A DNA stretch of 64,000 bases from assembly GCA_963736895.1 (NCBI GenBank), contig CAVTQU010000008.1:324345-388344 (forward strand). The letters run 5' to 3'. Made by a program: the position numbers and the translations under genes. The DNA is from an uncultured Chloroflexia bacterium (GTDB lineage Bacteria > Chloroflexota > Limnocylindria > Limnocylindrales > CSP1-4). The notes under the pieces were generated by a model that had not been told where the DNA came from, did no database searches, and saw only the letters and a list, made by a program, of their open reading frames with translations. Position 1 is the first letter of the stretch. Each line of letters starts with the position of its first letter. This document shows positions 59,670 to 64,000 of the stretch, one piece after another.

Positions 59670-60947
59670 TTAGATCAATCTCTCCCGCCGCGCCGCGCTT
59701 TCCAGCTCGTCGCGGAATTGAGGATGCGCGATCTTGATGAGGTCGCGGGCCCGCTCGGGAAGCGAGCGGCCGTGCATCTCGGCAACGCCCCACTCGGTGA
59801 CGACCGTGGAGACATGGGCGCGCGTGGTGACCACCCCCGCACCGTCGCGCAGGGAAGCGACGATGCGCGACGCGGTGCCGCCCGCGGCCGTCGAAGGCAG
59901 GCAGATGATCGGCCGGCCCTCCTCTGCGAGTGCGGCGCCACGAATGAAGTCCATCTGGCCGCCCACGCCGCTGTACATGCGCGTGCCAATCGAATCGGCG
60001 CACACCTGGCCGGTCAGGTCGATCTCGATCGCCGAATTGATTGCCACCATGCGCTTGAACCGCCGGATGACGGACGTGTCGTTGGTGTACTCGGCGCTGC
60101 GCATCTCAACCATCGGGTTGTCGTCGCTCCACCGATAGAGCCGCTCGGTACCGAGCATGAACGTCGCAACCACCCTCTCGCGGTTGATCTCCTTGTGTGC
60201 CCCGGTGACGATCCCCGCCTCGACCAGATCGAGGACCACGTCGGTCATCATCTCGGTGTGGATCCCCAGGTCGCGCTTTCCCTTCAGCGCGGCGGCCACG
60301 GCGGACGGGATGGCTCCGATGCCCATCTGGATCGTGGCGCCGTCCGGGACCATCTCGGCGATCTGCTCGCCAATGCGCTTCTCGACGTCTCCCACCGGCG
60401 GCAAGGGTCGGACGTATGGCGGTATGTCGACTTCTACCGCGAGATCGATGTCGTCCACGTGGACGAAGGCCGATCCCAGCGTCCGTGGCATTGACGCGTT
60501 TACCTGTGCAATGACGGTCTTGGCCGCCTTGATTGCCGCGGGCATGGCGATGACCGACGTGCCCAGCGAGCAGAAGCCATGCCGGTCCGGCCTCGACACG
60601 TTTACCAGCACGGCGTCGAGGGGCAGGATCCCGCGGCGAAAGAGGGTCGGTGTCTCTGACAGGAAGGTCGGAATGTACTCCGCACGACCTTCGTTCACGG
60701 CGGCGCGCGCGTTAGGCCCTATGAACAGGGCACGGTGGTAGAAGTGCCCCGCCATCTCCGGCTGCAGATGCGGACCTGGGCCTTCGATATGGAAGTGGAC
60801 CACCTTCACGTCGTGCAGCTCCGAAGCCCGTGCGACCAGGGCATCCAGCAGAACCGACGGCGTCGCGGCGGCAGCGTGGACGTAGATCTGCTCGCCCGAC
60901 TTGATGCCGGCCACTGCCTCTGCCGCTTCAACGATCCGCACGGTCAC
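59670..60947 (-). CDS. acetyl-CoA hydrolase/transferase family protein (4-hydroxybutyrate CoA-transferase-like)
   Basis: Intact 425 aa with ..GEQIYVHAAAATP.., ..SLGTSV.., ..GIHTEMMTD.. and ..SGVGGQMDFIRGA... Confidence 0.85.
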   Translation of the reverse strand: MTVRIVEAAEAVAGIKSGEQIYVHAAAATPSVLLDALVARASELHDVKVVHFHIEGPGPHLQPEMAGHFYHRALFIGPNARAAVNEGRAEYIPTFLSETPTLFRRGILPLDAVLVNVSRPDRHGFCSLGTSVIAMPAAIKAAKTVIAQVNASMPRTLGSAFVHVDDIDLAVEVDIPPYVRPLPPVGDVEKRIGEQIAEMVPDGATIQMGIGAIPSAVAAALKGKRDLGIHTEMMTDVVLDLVEAGIVTGAHKEINRERVVATFMLGTERLYRWSDDNPMVEMRSAEYTNDTSVIRRFKRMVAINSAIEIDLTGQVCADSIGTRMYSGVGGQMDFIRGAALAEEGRPIICLPSTAAGGTASRIVASLRDGAGVVTTRAHVSTVVTEWGVAEMHGRSLPERARDLIKIAHPQFRDELESAARRERLI

Positions 60948-61007
60948 ACCTTCACGGTTCGGATAGCTGTGGCCATGTGCCGTTTGGCCCTATGCACGGT
61001 CCCCTCA

Positions 61008-61684
61008 ATGTCGCCAAATGGTGACATGCAAGTCGAGGTCCGACGGATTCGCCCTTCCGACACCGACGAGCCTGAGCGCCTTTTATGCGGGGCTGTCCCC
61101 AGACAGCCTCGCAGCGCGCTTTCTCGGCTATACGCAGGGCATCAGCAACGGGCTCGCCCGTTCCTTCTGCACGCTCGATCACATGCACGACGAAGGGTTC
61201 GTTGCTGTGGCAGAGGTGGAGGGCGTGCCGCAGATCGTCGGCCACCTGTGCTTCGCCGACGTTGGTCCGGCGCAAGCTTGAGCTCGGGATCGCAACCAGC
61301 GACGAGTTTCAGCGGCAAGGAATTGGTCGCAAGCTATTCGAGACGGCCCTGGAATGGGCTCGCGAGCATCGGTTCGAAACGGTGGTCGCCACCTGCTTGG
61401 CCGACAACTCCAACGCCCTGCGCCTGTTGACGTCGGCTCCCAACGGCGCGTTGGTGACTCCCAGTGACGGCGGCGTCGTGGATGTGATCATCCCGCTCGA
61501 GGCGCCGCTGCCGAGCCCGTCGTTCAGCTATCCGCCCGATTCGGCCCGTCGCCTCCGACGGCACCGGTGTACAGCCGCTACGACCCCTGGCCGCCCCCTC
61601 CATGTCTTTTGGCGACGTAGGCCGCAGCCTGGGCCCGCCGCTGGAGGTTCAGCTTGGAAAGGATCGAGCTCACGTAGTTCTTGA
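61008..61684 (+). pseudogene. GNAT-family N-acetyltransferase, about 2 frame changes
   Basis: ..VEVRRIRPSDTDE.. (60735 frame), ..FVAVAEVEGVPQIVGHLCF.. (61018..61281) and ..SDEFQRQGIGRKLFETALEWAREHRFE.. (61085..61684, acetyl-CoA motif). The 3' end is uncertain and overlaps the convergent regulator gene. Confidence 0.55.
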
Positions 61685-62270
61685 CCGTCTTATCGGACAG
61701 GAACACCTCGGCCGCGATCTCCTTGTTCGTCTTTCCCTCGGCGACGAGAAGAAGAATCTTCTGCTCCTGGGAAGTGAGCTGGGCAAGATCGTCCGTAACT
61801 CCACCGGTGGCTATCCGACGTACGCGCTCCAGGACTTTCTCGGTGACAGCGGGGTCGAGCAGCGATTCACCGCGTCCCACGGCCTCGAGCGCCGCAACCA
61901 GGTCGCGTGCCCTTACCTGCTTTAACAGGTAGCCACTGGCTCCCGCAACGATCGCCGAGAACACGGCCTCCTCGTCGGGGTAGCTGGTCAGGATCACGAC
62001 CCTGGTTTGCGGGAACTCCGCGCGGATGTCGCGGCAGGCTTCAATGCCGGAGCCGTCCGGCAGCCTGACGTCCATCACCACCAGGTCGGGCTGGAACTTG
62101 CGCGCCATCTCGAGCGCCTCGGCCACGGTGCCCGCTTCCGCAACCACCTGAAATCCCGGCCGGCGATCGAGCATCGCGGCCAGTCCCTCGCGGACGACCT
62201 CGTGATCATCAACGATCAGCAGCCGATGCTGGCTGGCAGGCTCCCGGGCCTCCGGTTGCTCGATGGTCAA
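61578..62270 (-). CDS. NarL/LuxR-family response regulator
   Basis: RLLIVDDHEVVREG, LVVMDVRLPDGSG, GYLLKQ and LTSQEQKILLLVAEGKTNKEIAAEVFLSDKTVKNYVSSILSKL. TTG 62270 (GGAGAA SD) overlaps the kinase stop (TTGA). Confidence 0.9.
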   Translation of the reverse strand: MTIEQPEAREPASQHRLLIVDDHEVVREGLAAMLDRRPGFQVVAEAGTVAEALEMARKFQPDLVVMDVRLPDGSGIEACRDIRAEFPQTRVVILTSYPDEEAVFSAIVAGASGYLLKQVRARDLVAALEAVGRGESLLDPAVTEKVLERVRRIATGGVTDDLAQLTSQEQKILLLVAEGKTNKEIAAEVFLSDKTVKNYVSSILSKLNLQRRAQAAAYVAKRHGGGGQGS

Positions 62271-63424
62271 GTGCTGTTCTCCAGACTCCCCGCCTCATCA
62301 ATGACGTCGATCATCGCGATCAGCGTCGTCCCGGCTCCGAGCCGCGCTCGTTACTTCGAGCGATCCACCGGCAGATTCTGCCCGCGAGCGCAGATTCGCC
62401 AATCCGTGTTGATCCGCAGCTTTGCATCGTGCTCAGGTCGAATCCGTGCCCATTGTCGCGAATGATCAGGCGAATGACTCCGTCGTTCGCGGAAACTGCC
62501 AGCCACCCGTTGGTCGCTCCCGAATGACGTGCGATGTTGCTCAGGCCTTCGCGGGTGATCGCGAGCACGTGCGCGGCGCGCGCGGAGGGCATCGTCGGCA
62601 GCGTTTCGATGCTCACGTCGAGCTCAACCGACGCACTTGCGCGGAAGTCCCCGACCAGCGTTTCGATGCTGGCCGCCAGATCGTCACCGGTGAGCGCCTC
62701 GGATTCGAGGCCCATGATGAAATTGCGAATGTCGCGGATCGTCGCGTGGATCGAATCGATAGCGCGGTCTGTCCGGTCGACGACCTTCCGCCGGATCTTC
62801 CACGACCAATTCGGGCAGATCCTCCAGCGAGAGCGAGATCCCATACAGGCTCTGGATGATCGAGTCGTGCAGATCCTGGGCAATGCGCTGGCGCTCGTCG
62901 ACCAGCACCAGCCGCTGGACCTCCTCGTGTAGTCGCGCGTTCTCCATGGCGATCCCGGCATGCAAGGCGAACATCTCGACCAGGCGCAGGTCGGCCTCGG
63001 AGAAGGTCGTGGCCGTGAGCTTGTTGGTGAGGTAGAGGTTGCCGATCGATCGGCCCTTGCTTCGCACCGGGACGCCGAGGAAAGAGTGCATCTCGGGGTG
63101 GTTTGGCGGAAATCCGGAGCGACGCGAATCGTGGCGATGTCATCGACGAGGAACGACTGATCCTCGCGGATGATCAGGCCGAGCAACCCGCGCCCACGTG
63201 GCAGCGCGCCGATCCGGGCGCGCTCCTGTGCGCGTTAAACCGCTGGTGATGAACTGCTCGATATCGTCGTCCGGTTTGACGATGCCCAGCGCCGCGAACT
63301 GAGCGCCGACGAGCTCCCTCACGCGGTCGACGATCAGCTGAAGAACTCGATCGACCGACAGCTCTCCTGCGATTCCGCGCACAGCTGCGTCCAACGCCGC
63401 GAGCTGCTCTTCCGCCGACGTCAC
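62267..63424 (-). pseudogene. GAF + HisKA_3 sensor histidine kinase, >=5 frame changes
   Basis: GAF-like N-terminus (63140..63424 frame, then 62684..63091 frame: FLGVPVRSKGRSIGNLYLTNK..), H-box (ERQRIAQDLHDSIIQSLYG), ATPase domain (LAITREGLSNIARHSGA, IRDNGHGFD). The last ~40 codons (GLANLRSRAE..GGSLEVTSA..GAGTTLIAMI) need further shifts. Confidence 0.7.
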
Positions 63425-63573
63425 CTCTTCGCGTTGCGATCATCCTGCCCGTCAGCCTACAGCGCGGGCGGTTTGATCCTGGCGTCGCAGGTGACCTCCG
63501 CAGCGCCCGACGGCACTGTCAAACGGGCCAAAGGTCACTGTCGCCCACGCTCCAGCCACCCGAGCATGCGCAC

Positions 63574-64000
63574 ATGTCCGATTCACCAATCAGTCATCAG
63601 GCGCCCCCTTCGGGCCTGTCGTCCGCTTTGTCGTCCGCTCTGTCCCGAAGAGGCTTCATCCGCGGCTCGGCCATCGGCGCCGCTGGGATGGCCGCGGCTG
63701 CTGTGGCGGCCTGTGCGCCCGCCTCGGGTCCGGCGTGGACGTACAGGGCGTTTTCGCAGACGCCAGGTGCGACCGGGACGGCAGTCCCGCCAACGCTCGG
63801 CCCAACGGCGACACCGCGGCGCTTCGGCTACGCCGGGGATGGACGAAATGGACGCCGCTTCGGAAGCCGTCCTCAAGCGATTCCCGGAGGCGACCTCGAA
63901 GGTCGGCAACCAGCCGCTGACGCCGATGTCGATCGGGGCGACCAAGATCTTTGAGCTGACGTGTTCTGCCTTCGATTGGCAGATCGACGCCAAGTCACCA
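63574..64000 (+). pseudogene. TAT-exported multicopper-oxidase-like protein, 3'-truncated by window edge, frame changes
   Basis: SRRGFIRGSAIGAAGMAAAAVAAC is a twin-arginine signal. A later frame gives ..MDEMDAASEAVLKRFPEATSKVGNQPLTPMSIGATKIFELTCSAFDWQIDA.., which resembles the N-terminal region of small bacterial MCOs. Confidence 0.45.

Noticed and set aside
1-64000. Search for CRISPR arrays, tRNA/rRNA genes, IS elements, integrases and phage or defence-system genes
   Set aside because: I found no repeat-spacer periodicity, no cloverleaf-like candidates in the intergenic regions I inspected, and no transposase, integrase or recombinase-like translations. The STAND ATPase carries wHTH/BTAD regulator domains rather than a defence effector.

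Overview
High-G+C bacterial chromosomal window. Gene content looks like a monoderm Terrabacteria lineage (Chloroflexota/Actinomycetota-like), but I cannot assign it from sequence alone. Layout: (1) 1-8.2 kb: murA (partial), mreB, PHP phosphoesterase, UPF0104 membrane protein, XRE regulator, endonuclease IV, ArsR/DUF2087 regulator, ComF-like PRTase, DUF2029/GT87 membrane glycosyltransferase. (2) A 13.6-kb co-directional minus-strand block (21.8 -> 8.1 kb): two GT-C (GT39/ArnT-like) glycosyltransferases, a soluble HisKA_3 kinase, a NarL-type regulator, a second kinase-like protein with a degenerate ATPase domain, three tandem Flp pilin genes (two are too short for the ORF track), cpaB, REC-CpaE, cpaF, tadB, tadC, DUF192. 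(3) 21.9-28 kb: more envelope-glycan genes (GT87-like, GT2 polyprenol-P-sugar synthase-like, CelD-like acyltransferase, GT4, SIMPL, PIG-L deacetylase). (4) 28-33.7 kb: pcm, small membrane proteins, MFS, DUF5317, HD-GYP. (5) 34-37.6 kb: a heavily disrupted STAND (ATPase-TPR-wHTH/BTAD) regulator. (6) 37.6-41.6 kb: dodecin, a lipoprotein, dnaB, lexA with a clear SOS box. (7) 42.2-48 kb: a minus-strand cluster of secreted and membrane proteins. (8) 48.3-64 kb: a redox/low-oxygen flavoured region with flavodoxin-like protein, secondary-ADH-like dehydrogenase, DsbA+VKOR, split PFOR with an interposed CBS gene and in-frame tandem Usp, a Cys-rich receiver-like protein, hemerythrin, CoA-transferase, GNAT, a GAF-kinase/NarL pair and a TAT multicopper oxidase (partial). 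I recognised no rRNA, tRNA, CRISPR array, transposase or integrase. The most pervasive anomaly is about 50-60 reading-frame changes (hand count) interrupting otherwise well-conserved genes, and they are distributed very unevenly. I did not find a clear-cut novel multi-gene system. The best follow-up candidates are listed in the findings. All family calls are from reading the translations, not from database searches.
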